A stretch of DNA of 63,977 bases, filler included, from Globobulimina sp. (GCA_003354225.1; 47 parts of 47 records of this genome joined end to end with filler, not necessarily neighbours in it); one strand, 5' to 3'; positions 24,996-38,185 are shown, counted from the first letter of the whole stretch. The notes: a model not told the origin generated them from the letters alone. A program made the numbers and translations.

Positions 24996-25752
24996 TTATC
25001 CAATAACACAACAACCAAAAACAGCGGCCAATAATTTTGTAGTAATACCTCGATCATCACTCTCTGCATTCTCATTATCCTCAAATTCATCTTTTTGTTC
25101 CTGTGCAAATGCTAAAAATATTTGTTCTAAACTTATTTGAGACACTGCATAATTTGAAATGTCACATTTATTTTTTATGGTTTCTAAATGTTCAAAAACA
25201 TCCGCAATGGACATATCATCAGAACCAACTTGAAATCGAGCATAATTTGTATAATTTTCCATCAATTTTACATACTTTTCACCAAATATTTTAATTAATT
25301 CCGATATTGTAATTTCCAAATAATTCTGATTCTGATTCGAATTCATATCATCCATTTCAATATCATTTTTACTTTCTTTTTCATCCAAAACTTGAAATAT
25401 TTTTTCAACAATTTTCAGATTATTTGTGTCAAACTTAATATCCAATTGATATCCACGGCCATATTTTTCTTTTAAATATTGATTTTCACCCAAACACGCT
25501 AACTGTCCATTGATCATAATACCAATCCGATCGCATAAAGCTTCACATTCTTCCATGCTATGCGTAGTTAAAATAACTGACCGTCCACTCATTGTCGCAG
25601 ATATAAAATTCCATAACGATCTCTTTGATACGGGATCCATTCCTCATTTATTTATTGTTTTTATAGTATACAAATAATATAATACAGCATAGCTTACCTG
25701 ATGTTGGCTCGTCTAACAATACGATCGGTGGGTTACCAATCAATGCAATTCC
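24996..25752 (-). CDS. ABCA-family transporter C-terminus (NBD2), intron at 25643-25697
   Basis: GIALIGNPPIVLLDEPTS|GMDPVSKRSLW...VILTTHSMEECEALCDRIGIM...SLEQIFL. The 55-nt GT-AG intron restores DEPTSGMD. Confidence 0.95.
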
Positions 25753-25916
25753 TACAGTTATCAATTTATATAACATTGTACAGGATTCAGTGTTTTCAAT
25801 GTCAACTTTAAATAAANNNNNNNNNNNNNNNNNNNNNNNNNNNNNNNNNNNNNNNNNNNNTTAATTAATTAANNNNNNNNNNNNNNNNNNNNNNNNNNNN
25901 NNNNNNNNNNNNNNNN

Positions 25917-26657
25917 CATGTTTACTGTATATGATATTGTAAATAATGCCAAATATAAAGTCTGTAAAATACAACAAATCATTGAAGTCCGTCTCATTAA
26001 ATATACGCTATTTAGTATGTTCTCATTCTCCTTATTTGGAAACGTTTGTTCAATTTCTGTTTAAATATTGATAATATTAATTCATTGAACGTATAATTTG
26101 TGCAAATATTTGCACGGGAAACATGCAATATGTTTTTGCAAAAATTCGTCTCAGAAACAGCAAAATTTTGCACACAAAAAACACAAAAATCTACAAAGCA
26201 AACCTAGAAAAAATTGATATTTTGCAATCAAAACTGATGAGAATTTAAGAGTGCAGTATGTATTAAATAGAAAATGCAACATTAATACCACTGGAAACAA
26301 ATAATAATAAAAATGTATTTGTAAATTGAATACTATACAAAATAATATTGCATACATCATAAATTTAGTTATAACTTGTTTTGCTGGAACTAATTCACAT
26401 TGCGATACAATAAATTGTGTGGTATAATATTTATAAAATGAAAACAAAGATTCCCAAACTGATACCAACATGACGCTGTATATTAAGATGTAGTTTAAAA
26501 AAATTAATAATGCACTTTCGCCATGCATGAGATGAATGGAATGATATTCGAATATTGAATGTTGTTCATGTGTTTCTGCTGAAGAGGTAAATAATAATTC
26601 ACTGACAGATTGATTTGGTGTGTTCTGATAAAATATAATTATCAACACACATAACAT
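25917..26657 (-). CDS. Multi-pass membrane protein (7TM-like), spliced, partial
   Basis: Several hydrophobic helices. A further exon near 25917-26060 reads ENILNSVYLMRRTSMICCILQTLYLAL. Confidence 0.5.
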
Positions 26658-27280
26658 TATTTTGAATAAAAGATAATAAAAAAATGATGCTGGAAAGAAG
26701 TCAAACTTTTCTCCTAATCATGCAACATAAAATTTAGGTAAACAGAAAAATACAACATATATTATGTACGGTACTTAACCATCTCGTGGTGTTAAGGCGC
26801 AGTTACAATTACAACTCGTATGTTTCAGTGGATTTCGTTGTGTTTTTGATAGTGTCAGAGCGGCTCTTGGTGAATGACTTGGTATTTCAAATGGTTTAGA
26901 CTTGCGTTTCCAACATGTCTCGAAGTGTTGAAAGTAATGTAAGGATACGGTGGTAGATAAAATAATCAATGCAACGATGATAAGGAAAAACATGTTTGTT
27001 TACTAAACGAGGTCAGTCTCAGTGAAAAATAGAGGTCAGTCCACAAAGAGACAATGTTGTTGATAGTTGGAACTGTTACCCGTTTTAGTCAGGTAAATGC
27101 TATATAAATGCATGGTAAATGCTTTTAATTTTAATAAATGGATATAAACACTATGTAAATGTGATATAAATGCACTTTTTNNNNNNNNNNNNNNNNNNNN
27201 NNNNNNNNNNNNNNNNNNNNNNNNTTAATTAATTAANNNNNNNNNNNNNNNNNNNNNNNNNNNNNNNNNNNNNNNNNNNN

Positions 27281-27385
27281 GGAAGTGAAATGTTTGAATC
27301 TGAGGATATTAAACAATATTTAATTCAAACTTATCAGGATGGTGAATTTAAACCAATTGAATCTGTAGCAAATAAAACACAATAA
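27281..27385 (+). CDS. GST-N/glutaredoxin-like protein, C-terminal end
   Basis: GSEMFESEDIKQYLIQTY matches the thioredoxin-fold GST-N motif MFESxDIxxYL. This is not in the ORF track. Confidence 0.65.
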   Translation, partial: GSEMFESEDIKQYLIQTYQDGEFKPIESVANKTQ

Positions 27386-27625
27386 ACATATTAATATTTT
27401 ACTATTATAACTTATTATAACTAAATCAAAAAATGACAAAAATAAACTGCTTAATTCGTTGTCTGATGTTTGCATGATTTAAATTTTCGGAATTAATACA
27501 AATGTCATTCTAAGAAAAAGAAGTTGTGATCACTCTATAGGACTTGAGAGCAGTTTTTGATTCTATGCTTTCTATATACAGCTAGTCCAATTGAAACAGT
27601 ACAGACAAATGGATATATGACTTTA

Positions 27626-28446
27626 TTATGAAAACAAAAAGCAGGAAAAAACAATGCAAAAAAATGTAGTTGAGAATTGAATGCAATTTGCATTGCCACC
27701 AACATCACAATTGTTACAACTTAAAGTTGGTTTTTGACTCTGAGTTAACAGAGTTGTTCTATATGTGGTTGGAATATATATTGTCTGAGGTGCTGGCGTT
27801 GGAGTAAGTGTACCAATTCTACACATCTATAATATATTCCATCTACTTTCCATCCTACACATTGATTCTGATAATGGGTACCACAAAACATTGTAGATAA
27901 TGATGCCGAGTCTACATCCAAAGTCCAAGATTTATCTCCTACATAACTCCATGACACTGATTTCCATCCATTTTGACTAAATATATTAATAATATACGAA
28001 CACGGTTCTTCATACTGTTCATGATGGTTATTCGAATCGACAAGACCACATTTAATAATTGTATTTGTTTCCAGTGATGCTGCAGCTGTACCATAATAAC
28101 TACCATTCAATGGGGTGTAAATATTAGTCTCTCTCAAATCAATTTGAGCACCGCCTTGATATCCATAACTGTTTAGGTGGAGTGCAGATGAATTTTGAGC
28201 ATAAATTGCCATATGTTCACATGTCATTCCTTGGCCATCCTTGTTGTTACAATTGATTGTTAGGGTTGCGTTGACCGGACCAATTATAGTGGCATTGTAA
28301 CAACTCCATGTATAGTAACAATTTAATGTACAATCAGAATAATCACTGCAATCTATTACAATTCCATCGTACTGATATTCTATGTTTGCAGTGTATTTGT
28401 CTGACAGTGTTGTAGTCACTAAATGTAGTAAGATTAAGCTTGCCAT
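27626..28446 (-). CDS. Secreted or surface Cys-rich protein with a PTPAP stalk; apparent 2-bp frameshift near 27822
   Basis: Signal peptide and Cys repeats (C..YSDC.LNC....SC..A.I). It continues in another frame as RIGTLTPTPAP through to a hydrophobic C-terminus. Confidence 0.65.
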
Positions 28447-29500
28447 TATTTGTTGTGTATTTTAGCGGAAGGAAAATAGGTTAAAAGAGTCGCCCATCTG
28501 GTGAATTGATTGGTTTCTTAGTGAACATTTTTAAGGTTTTTCATNNNNNNNNNNNNNNNNNNNNNNNNNNNNNNNNNNNNNNNNNNNNTTAATTAATTAA
28601 NNNNNNNNNNNNNNNNNNNNNNNNNNNNNNNNNNNNNNNNNNNNAGAGGCAATAGAGTGAGGACTATTTATTAATCCACGCTGCTGGCAAGCAATCCTCG
28701 TGACATAAGTAGACATCAAATGTAACGGTCTCGAAAAAAACTTAGTTGGACATAGTCTAATTGATGTATAATTGATTGTATACAAATCAGTCCATGTCAG
28801 CATCGACTTCATAATATTTGTAGCAATAAAAGTGTTTGAAATTATTGCAACAGCTTTCTTTAGTCCATAGGATAACTGAACATGTTATTGTATTCACATT
28901 CAAAAAAATTCAAAAGTTTAAAAAAATAGAATTCTTGTATTTTCTAACTTTGTCAATTCGATGAATTGAAGTCTTTCCTTTTGGAACCTATCTGATTGAT
29001 ACAACACACACACAATACACAAAGCGCAAATCAACAAAATGACGAAAGAGTTAGTGTGCTGATGCCTACATATGGTTATAATTTATGTATTGGATGTAAT
29101 AAAGTGTTGCTTTGTATTTGTGGAGAACGATTAAAATGTACTGAAAAATCAAAAGTTAAATCAATGGATACTAGATGTAAATCGAATTCGGAGGCAGATG
29201 TTATATGGAAATGTGGTGTTGATTGTGGATATATTGTATGTGATGTTGATTGTGAAAGGATATATTTGTAACTGTTTATTTGTTCTTTGTAATATCTCAT
29301 GCTTGTGTCTGTTGTAAAATCAGTACTTATGGAGAGCCTTATTTACTCATTATGTTTGATGTTGTATTTCAAACTGAAAAACTGAAATAACTTCAAATCG
29401 AGTAGCAACAACATGTCACAATGAGTCAATTTGCTCAAACGCTCTCTAACAATGTGAATCCATAGAACCAATCATTTATTACAAAATCCAATCACTTTTA

Positions 29501-29907
29501 CCCGCCAAATCCATCGGCTTTCCAGTTAATCCCTTGTCAGTTTTTTGAAACACTCAACAAAGAAAAACAAAAGGAATTAAGTCTTGGAGCTAATGCTATG
29601 CCAAAATTATTGATGAAACCCAATCTTATTTTGTGTCAAGAAACCATTGGTAATATTTACAATCTATTTGAAACATATTTTTTTTAACATGAAAAGCTTT
29701 TATTTGTATTGTTATTATTATTGGTATTTTGGGGACGTACACATTTCAATGATTTCATCCAACTTTGCACCTTCGACCACTACCAGCCATATAATATAAT
29801 GTTATTGTTATAGTTCAATGATATCAAGAATTTGATATTGTTATGAATTGCGGCAAAAATTGTTTCTTTGGACATCACCTCTATTATCAAGCCGATGGAT
29901 TTGGCGG
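29501..29907. mobile_element. MITE-like element with 19-bp terminal inverted repeats
   Basis: CCGCCAAATCCATCGGCTT (29502-29520) and its perfect reverse complement (29889-29907, cut by the contig end). The interior is non-coding. Confidence 0.7.
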
Positions 29908-30335
29908 NNNNNNNNNNNNNNNNNNNNNNNNNNNNNNNNNNNNNNNNNNNNTTAATTAATTAANNNNNNNNNNNNNNNNNNNNNNNNNNNNNNNNNNNNN
30001 NNNNNNNACGTTGAATGTTCAGGAAATATAAATTTAGCAACGTGGTTATAGTACAACAGATTTTCATTACATTCGTGTGCATTACATATGGGAGTTATGT
30101 GACCGTGTACTGAGTCATATACACATAATACACCAATTAATAAATATATAACAGTTGCTTTGATTTGATTCATGTTTAATAGAACTGTATGTGTTTTTTT
30201 ATTAAAGATTTCAGTGAAACCAGTTTAAATGATTATACACACCGAAACTTTACATTTGTTCGAATCAAGGTTTAGCTCTTTTTAAAAGTGTGACAAAATT
30301 AATTAAATTAAATTGAAACATTAATTATTGAAAAG

Positions 30336-30881
30336 TTAAAAAAAAAACCGAAATATGTCATATTTGCATTCATAATAATACAAATCAAAGCAATATTTGG
30401 TGGTAACATTTATGTCATTCATGTGTGGCTTTTGCTGAATAATTATTGATATATTTACCTTCAACTGGCGATTACCATCTCTCTGGAATTCTCGCAGCAC
30501 CACCTCTGTTTCACGCGACATATTTGCAATTCCGTCATAAACACTTTGATAAAAATGATTTAAATCTGCCTCATTTACCTCGTAAGCTAGCTTTTCATTC
30601 ATATCTGATTTGATATCCTCTCTAAAATAGTGAGCTGTGATGTTTGCATATCTTTCAATATATATTACATTTAATTCTTCATTCCTTTGACCCAACATAA
30701 CATTTCTCCGAATGTTTTTTTTAATGCACCAGTCCCGATATGAAAATAAGACGTCTCTTTTATAATACACTGACAGTACGATACATATAATTGCGATAAT
30801 TAAACGGACAGATATCGATGATGATAAACCATTGGAATTGTTCTTTTTGTTGGTAATTCCATATCTACTTTGTGACGACAT
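30336..30881 (-). CDS. Hypothetical type II membrane protein
   Basis: ATG start (MSSQSRY) and a single TM segment LIIAIICIVLSVYY. It may be spliced downstream. Confidence 0.5.
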   Translation of the reverse strand: MSSQSRYGITNKKNNSNGLSSSISVRLIIAIICIVLSVYYKRDVLFSYRDWCIKKNIRRNVMLGQRNEELNVIYIERYANITAHYFREDIKSDMNEKLAYEVNEADLNHFYQSVYDGIANMSRETEVVLREFQRDGNRQLKVNISIIIQQKPHMNDINVTTKYCFDLYYYECKYDIFRFFF

Positions 30882-31371
30882 GTTGCCAGACTGAACGATC
30901 AAAGTATGTGATGTTGATACTAAGCTGATAAAAAGTGAAATCAAAAAAACATTTACTAAAACACAGCTTGACTTTATTGAATGCCATAATTAAATAAACA
31001 ACAGCGCAGATCTGCAGTTTGGTCAATAACACATTAGGAAAGGCAGTAAATGGAAGGATACAGTTCGTACAAGAAAAAGAGAGTTTGGCAGTTTATGAGG
31101 TGATAACCTTGATATTAATATTAATATTGGAAATAATAATTATTAAACACAAATAAACAATAACACAAATATAAAAACGCTTATTCCTCATTATACATTT
31201 TATATTTAGCGGCATCTTTATATATTTGAATAATATCGTCGCCATTCATTGCTTCTTTGACTTTGCCATTNNNNNNNNNNNNNNNNNNNNNNNNNNNNNN
31301 NNNNNNNNNNNNNNTTAATTAATTAANNNNNNNNNNNNNNNNNNNNNNNNNNNNNNNNNNNNNNNNNNNNG

Positions 31372-31812
31372 TATAAATATGAGATGAAAAATTTAGTGAG
31401 GAGGCAATGGAAATATGTTTCGCAGCTTCGTTCAGGTCATACGGCTCTGAACGGCCAAAAAAAATACGGGTATCTAACTAGAAGTTGTGCGCATTGCAAA
31501 GATAAGAAACATTTGGAAATAGTCGAAGATATACAACACTTTGTATGTAGCTGTGAGGAATATGCCGTACAGAGACAAGAACTGAAATTAAAAGTTGTTG
31601 AAATTGATGAGAAATATCAACAACTTATGTTGGCGAATAAAAAGGAATTATTGTACAATTTATTATTCCCATATCAGGAAGAATTGATGGATAAGAACAT
31701 AAATAGAGACCCGGCGAAGAAAAGAAATTGTTTGAAGTTACGTATTGAAGTCTTGAAGGTATTCTGCGAATTCATCAATGAGACAGATAGATATCTTATT
31801 GTTAAGGATTAA
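31372..31812 (+). mobile_element. Non-LTR retrotransposon ORF2 C-terminus (CCHC zinc knuckle)
   Basis: SQLRSGHTALN...CAHC...EDIQHFVCSCEEYAVQR is the typical LINE ORF2 terminal motif. A T-rich 3' UTR follows. Confidence 0.8.
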
Positions 31813-32979
31813 AATGATAGTTAGTTATGTTAGAATGTTGTGTTTTGATTGAAGTTATTTGTTAGATTTGTTTGGTTATGATGTTGTTTATTTTTTGTTA
31901 TTTTGTGTGTGTGTTTTGGTCGGCTTAAGACTGTGGATCGTCCTATATTGCTCAGGCAATTTATCAACGTGAAAAGGATGTATGCAGTTGTTGACCATCT
32001 CACAAATTGTTCATTACCAATAATTATTTAAATTTCAAATTCAAAGTATTTCCCCCCCTGTCTAAAAAAAAAAGAGTATTATTATAACTGCTTATTTTTA
32101 TAGTTTGTCTTAATGAAGAGATATTTTGAAGATTTAGTTTGTAGAATTCTAGTTTTATTTTCTTTGTCGATCGTAAGCCAGTCACACCATCCTTTTATAA
32201 TGTGCAGTTGTTGAGAAAGTGAGTAAACTTTTAATGCAATAAATACAATGCTTACACATCAAGGAAACCGAGTCACAACACAAACAATATCGATCATGGT
32301 GTCAATTTTTGTAAGAAGAAAAAATAAAAATCAAAATAAGCATAACCAATAATATAAGCATACCAATCCACCAGCACACTCTCCTTAAGACCCGTATCCT
32401 TCGCATTGTCTTTTCAGATATATACAACCTCCACTCTAAGAAAGTATTCCCACAAAATATAAATGTCGTGTATTTGACTACAGTCCGACGGCCCCTCCCT
32501 CTCATTAACATTTCCGTTTGCTTTCCCGGTAGAATGGTTCGAAAGAATGGTGATAATGGAGCCACCATCTTCCAGCAGTGCAAGGATATGATATTCTGAA
32601 ACCAAATCCTTTTTAACCAATCTACAGGGAAAGNNNNNNNNNNNNNNNNNNNNNNNNNNNNNNNNNNNNNNNNNNNNTTAATTAATTAANNNNNNNNNNN
32701 NNNNNNNNNNNNNNNNNNNNNNNNNNNNNNNNNCAGATGATGGCATAGGAATTAATTAGTGAGTTGGGTTGGCTTTGTCGAGGGACTTCGTGTATTCTCA
32801 GTGTATTTCACTGTAAGAGTTTGTTGTTGTATTGATGTCTGTGTCAAATTCAGATCCTCGAGATCCAAAGATGTAATTTCTCAAAATGGTGATCTTATAT
32901 ATGGCAAGAAATTTCAGAGTCATGCAATAATTCTAAAACAAGGTTGTACGTACAACTGAAACAATATACTGCACATATT

Positions 32980-33455
32980 CGCAAGTCCACAAATACTGTT
33001 TCCATTTGACGTTATATTGTTTCTATCTGACAGTATAGCGTTGTAATTTGACCGTATATTGTTTCTATCATCACAAATTGTCACAAAATGTAACGTTATG
33101 TAACGTTATGTCCATTACCAGTACGTACAGTTATACCAGTTATGTCTTTTTGTATATATTTCGCATATTGTTTCGCAATTTTCTGATTAATACACTCTAT
33201 ATCAGCACCACTATCAGCTACTGCGCATGCACCAGTCCGAAATGGTAAATACACATCCAAATCAATGGTATTCACTGGGATAGCATCTAATATATTTTTT
33301 GGTACGAAACTATTATTATTAGTCAATGTCAGATAATCTGCGAAAGCACCACGGAAAAGAGCTATCATTGGTGCAGATGGAGTGGTATGACGATACAGTG
33401 TATGTTTATACAATTTATAGACTGGGTAAAACAGATCATGTGAAGGTCCGATCAT
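32980..33455 (-). pseudogene. Degenerate LTR-retrotransposon aspartyl protease
   Basis: AVADSGADIECI (retropepsin DSG) and the flap motif VRTGNG. It is then broken by small duplications (ACATAACGTT x2, GATAGAAACAATATA x2) and stops. Confidence 0.7.
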
Positions 33456-34096
33456 TGCCGACTATGGTGGATTACCAGATTCATCCGATACAAATCAATG
33501 AAATAATTACCGTCAGATCGTGAATTTATATGGACACCGTCCATAATGGATACATTATCAGATGATGTGAAATATGATTTATTGCACCATACAAATGCAG
33601 AAGGACAAACACCGTTGCGGATTGTAGCAGGATGTGCATTTAATAATTTCAGAACAATTCATACGGCTTATAACCACAATGATCATATCTATTGCTTGTT
33701 GGTTGGTGTGGCGATAAATATCTGTTGTCTTTATAATAATCACAATAATAAAACCTATAACCAACAGTAAAACAGCATTCAGATACTAAATATTATTTCA
33801 TGTATATATAATTATAGAACAGAATCGATACTATCCAAAACAAAAAATTCACTATGGAAAAATTCACGCCTGCCATTATTTATCAGGTAAATTTGGTCAT
33901 AAATTGTATGATTTTGCCTAAGGGAAATGTGCACTTTTTTGTGCGCAAAATTATGCCCGAGTTAGCCTAAGGCAAAGGTGCACTTTTTGCACGCAANNNN
34001 NNNNNNNNNNNNNNNNNNNNNNNNNNNNNNNNNNNNNNNNTTAATTAATTAANNNNNNNNNNNNNNNNNNNNNNNNNNNNNNNNNNNNNNNNNNNN

Positions 34097-35349
34097 TGCG
34101 CAGAATTTTCATTGTCATCGCCAGTCGTCATTAATAACCATACTTCTTTCAACAATTCTGTTGATTCATTAACTCGATGCAAAATCTTGGCGCCAAATAT
34201 TTTCTTATTAATCTCACAAACCACACTGTTCAACAACAGAAACACAATAAATTATATACATTACAAAGTGCATAGAAAATTAACATACCATAAGAACAAA
34301 TTTGTGATTAACAAAAATTGAACAATCAAATATAGCACAAATATGAGGCAATAATTAGGATTTATAGAATAAATTTTTGCTATGATATCTGGATAAGTCG
34401 CAGTGGTTTGCAACACAAACATTTCTATCCATGTTCGACTAAGAGAGGAGAAATATGTTAGTTCACCCTGTAAGTTTCGCATTTTTTCATCTCCATTTAA
34501 ACGCAATGCTTGATCACAAAACATTGAATAAACTACAAATGAGAAAATTGTAATTGATAATAATGCCATCACAAAGGGTTTAATAATGGCAATAACAGTC
34601 ATTAAAATAATTTCCAAGCACCAAATCCCATGCATCCAATACAAATTAAAAAATAGTGGTCGGAGCATTCTGTGAAATCGGAGATATTTAGAATTATTAC
34701 AATAAAGCGAGCATAATATTGACACAACACACAAACATGTCAAGACAACAATAAATCGCCACATCCACGACACACTTTGAATAGATACACTCCTATAAAA
34801 ATAAGCAAATATTGTGATACAATGAAATAAAATGATGCATAATTCAATGACAGACGCGGTGGCAACAGGAATGATGAATGGATGCGGAATGGAGGCAGTC
34901 CATTGCCATATTGATACTGGTTCGAAAAATACCAAACAACATTGCAATGTGGTCATTAGTAACCCGATGGATTTGAACCATTGGCTCCAAATAATAGAAT
35001 TTCGGATAAAGTCAATCTTCTCAAAAGAATCAGTTAATTGATACAAACCTAATGCTTGTCTCAATCTGTAATGCAAATATTTTTGGTGTTCCAGTGGTTG
35101 TTCAATCATCTCCTTAATGATGGTTGTTTGGTCAATATTATGTCCGACTGTTATTGGAAATAAATTTGACGATCTGGAAGGAAAAAATAATTTTGATTCG
35201 AATAAATCATGTTTGATGTCTGCCAATTTTCCAAATGTATCAAAAGAAGATGTCTCACTGTTTGAGGGTGTTGTTCTGTGTCTTTTTCTTGTTCGAAACT
35301 TTGGTGTAATCATGGTTGTGTGCAATAAAATAATTTGGATAAACAGCAT
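34097..35349 (-). CDS. Two-pore channel (TPC) domain I, partial, one intron near 34225-34280
   Basis: S4 LRFHRMLRPLFF, pore region YFSSLSRTWIEMFVLQTTATYPD, and S6 FLLITNLFL|CVV. Confidence 0.85.
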
Positions 35350-35824
35350 ACGGATGCGCNNNNNNNNNNNNNNNNNNNNNNNNNNNNNNNNNNNNNNNNN
35401 NNNTTAATTAATTAANNNNNNNNNNNNNNNNNNNNNNNNNNNNNNNNNNNNNNNNNNNNTCGAGCATCTGTATATGTTTTGTTATTTTCATAAAAACAGA
35501 TAACATTTTCATAAAAACAGTATCCACAGCGATTTCAGTCAAAAAAAAAACAGTTTCATGATTGCTTTTTTTGAGTGAAATTGCAGTGTAAAATCATTAG
35601 TCAACAATAATAATTAAAAGTGCTAGTAACTGACATTTAGTTTACATTAAAAAACAGCTCAAAAAAATCTTTTTGTCGGCTAGACAAAAACATGCATTCA
35701 TGTAAAGATAAACAATTATGCCACACCACAAAAAGATTTATTTCACTTATTTTTAATCTATTAACTACTTTTTCGTCTCGTCCTATTTTTATTTTTAATT
35801 ATTACAGTTTGCGATGTTACAAAC

Positions 35825-36722
35825 CTGTGCTTTTTAGCGGTACAGAAGACGGGGAGCGATTATTCACACCCTTCACATTTAGGTATTGTATTCTTTGTAT
35901 TTCGCGTTGTTGGCGAAGTAATGATTGGGCCTCGTTCTCAGATTGTAAAAATTGATCAATTTGTTGGAAAACACGAATAGAATCCTTTTTTAATTTTTTT
36001 TTTATATTGTTTCATGCAAATAAAAAAACAAAAAAAAACCTAGGAATGCGATGGTTATACAGTAGTGACAGTATACTATTATTATTATTGTTGAATAAGG
36101 CATAGAATTAAAATAATAAAACAAAAGAGGACCTCCATAGTTTTGTGTTAAAGGAATGGACTCATTGTCATTATCACTGTGGACATCAGAACCAAGTTGT
36201 TGTTGAACAAACTGCCTTCCTTCCAACGTCAACAAATTATCCAAATCCGCGAGGACGTATAAAAGAGCCTAAACACACAATACATGTCAACACGTTGAAG
36301 GTTATGGATTTGGTGGTTTATTGTTGCCATATTTTGTTTATTATATTATTTATATTTTTTGTGCATATATCTTACATACATCTTGTTGCGTTAATTGGAT
36401 TTTCAGTTCCTGTTCCACATTAACTTGTTCTTTCAAATTCTTGTATGCATCGCCAATGTCACTGCCAATGGCCTCTACAATCTGCGACGCATCGCTCGGT
36501 CTCTTTTCTTGCTGCAAATCTTCTCCACGAACCTCCGTATCCCGAAATACTTGATATGAATCGAGCAATTCCTCCATTGTTTTAACCTGACGCTCAATCT
36601 CTTGAATCTTAATGATATCCGTCGTGTATTGGCGTTGGAAGGGTTGGAAATCTTCATTTAAATCTGTAAATTGCATTATATCTCTTCGCGCCATTTGATC
36701 CGCAAATTCTTCCGCCACGGCA
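35825..36722 (-). CDS. V-ATPase V0 subunit a, N-terminal exons (36380-36722, 36133-36268, 35825-35984)
   Basis: IMQFTDLNEDFQPFQRQYTTDIIKIQEIERQV matches the conserved QFxDLN...FQRxFxxE...EMER motif of Vph1/ATP6V0A. Confidence 0.88.
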
Positions 36723-36823
36723 NNNNNNNNNNNNNNNNNNNNNNNNNNNNNNNNNNNNNNNNNNNNTTAATTAATTAANNNNNNNNNNNNNNNNNNNNNN
36801 NNNNNNNNNNNNNNNNNNNNNNT

Positions 36824-37947
36824 CCAAAGAGGCGTTTCCCACAAGGAACCACATGTTATGATATCGCCAGATTGGTCTACACGGATGAAATGATAGATAA
36901 AAATATCCGTGCAACTAATGAGCATGCACATATAAAGGGAGATGCGCATTGGACCGATATCCCCGAAACAGAACTTGGGAGAGCTATGATAATGGCGTAT
37001 TTTGTTTGTGTGTATCATTTGAATCATAGCAATCGATCCATTCAAGATGCTTGGTCGGATATTGAGTTTTTACAATTACCGGAAGTGAAGGATTGTTTGA
37101 GCCGGAACGATTTTGCCAGACTTCATAAACATTTTAGGTTTGTGGCCCTCAGTGCGTGTCCGACAGATAAAGAAGATCAGAATTATTCTCCTATGAATAA
37201 TATCAAATCATTTGTTGAAGAATTGATGGAGAATACAAGGAATTGATGGGTCCCATCAAATTGGTTGGATAGAAAGGGAGCTTTTTTTATTGATAATACA
37301 TGTGGAGTGACTGGAGATGTTTATAGGATGAGTAGAAGGAAGAAAGGTGGTGGTTTTGAGGACCGTATAGCGCCTTTAGTTGCAGCTGTGTATAATAAAA
37401 GAAAGTGTATTGTGGATGTAGCCAATCAACGGCAGGAAATGCATGATGGAACACCGAGAACAAGACGGAAAAATATGAGATTGGGACATAATATATGGCA
37501 AAGAATTGTGTTACATAACACAATCGGTTTATTCATTGAGTCACCACATTTACATCGATATCGGAATTATAAAAAACGAGATCTATCTACATCCAGATTG
37601 ATTGCTCATTCAAACAAAGACGGTTGACTGTGAGAGGAAAGTATATGGTGGATATAAAACCATATAGGATGCAAGCATATAAACGAGCTGGCAAGGTATA
37701 TCCGCATGAGTCACAGCAAGGAACTGAACACAAATTGGTGAAGGCAGATGCCAGGAAAAAATGTTCATTACAATGGTGTGAATCCACAAACAAAACATCA
37801 TATCGTTGTGATACATGCAAAGATACTGACCATATGCCGTTTTATTTCTGCAATAAACGAAGATTTGCAAGTCAGAAGATCCAATGTCAATGCTTTCAAA
37901 TGTATCATGAATCAATGAAATATCCGCACTCCACAGAATATCCATGA
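36824..37947 (+). mobile_element. piggyBac transposase pseudogene with an internal deletion
   Basis: N-terminal motifs TNEHA, ELGRAMIM and LSRNDFARLHKHFRF. Then a stop, WLDRKG...YNKRKCIVDVANQ, and the C-terminal Cys-rich domain KTSYRCDTCK...CFQMYH. Confidence 0.85.
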
Positions 37948-38185
37948 CTTAGCCATCTCTGCACTGATATTGTAGCTTATTTTGATTATATATTTTAGAT
38001 ATTTATAAAGTTCGGGTTCAATGGTCCATATCGAGCTCATTTATTGGTCCATATGTATGATCAATACGGGAAAAGCGAGTTGGACNNNNNNNNNNNNNNN
38101 NNNNNNNNNNNNNNNNNNNNNNNNNNNNNTTAATTAATTAANNNNNNNNNNNNNNNNNNNNNNNNNNNNNNNNNNNNNNNNNNNN

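Noticed and set aside
33546-33770. Ankyrin gene (NAEGQTPLRIVA)
   Set aside because: Only a single partial motif in a short ORF inside degenerate sequence, which is too little to call.
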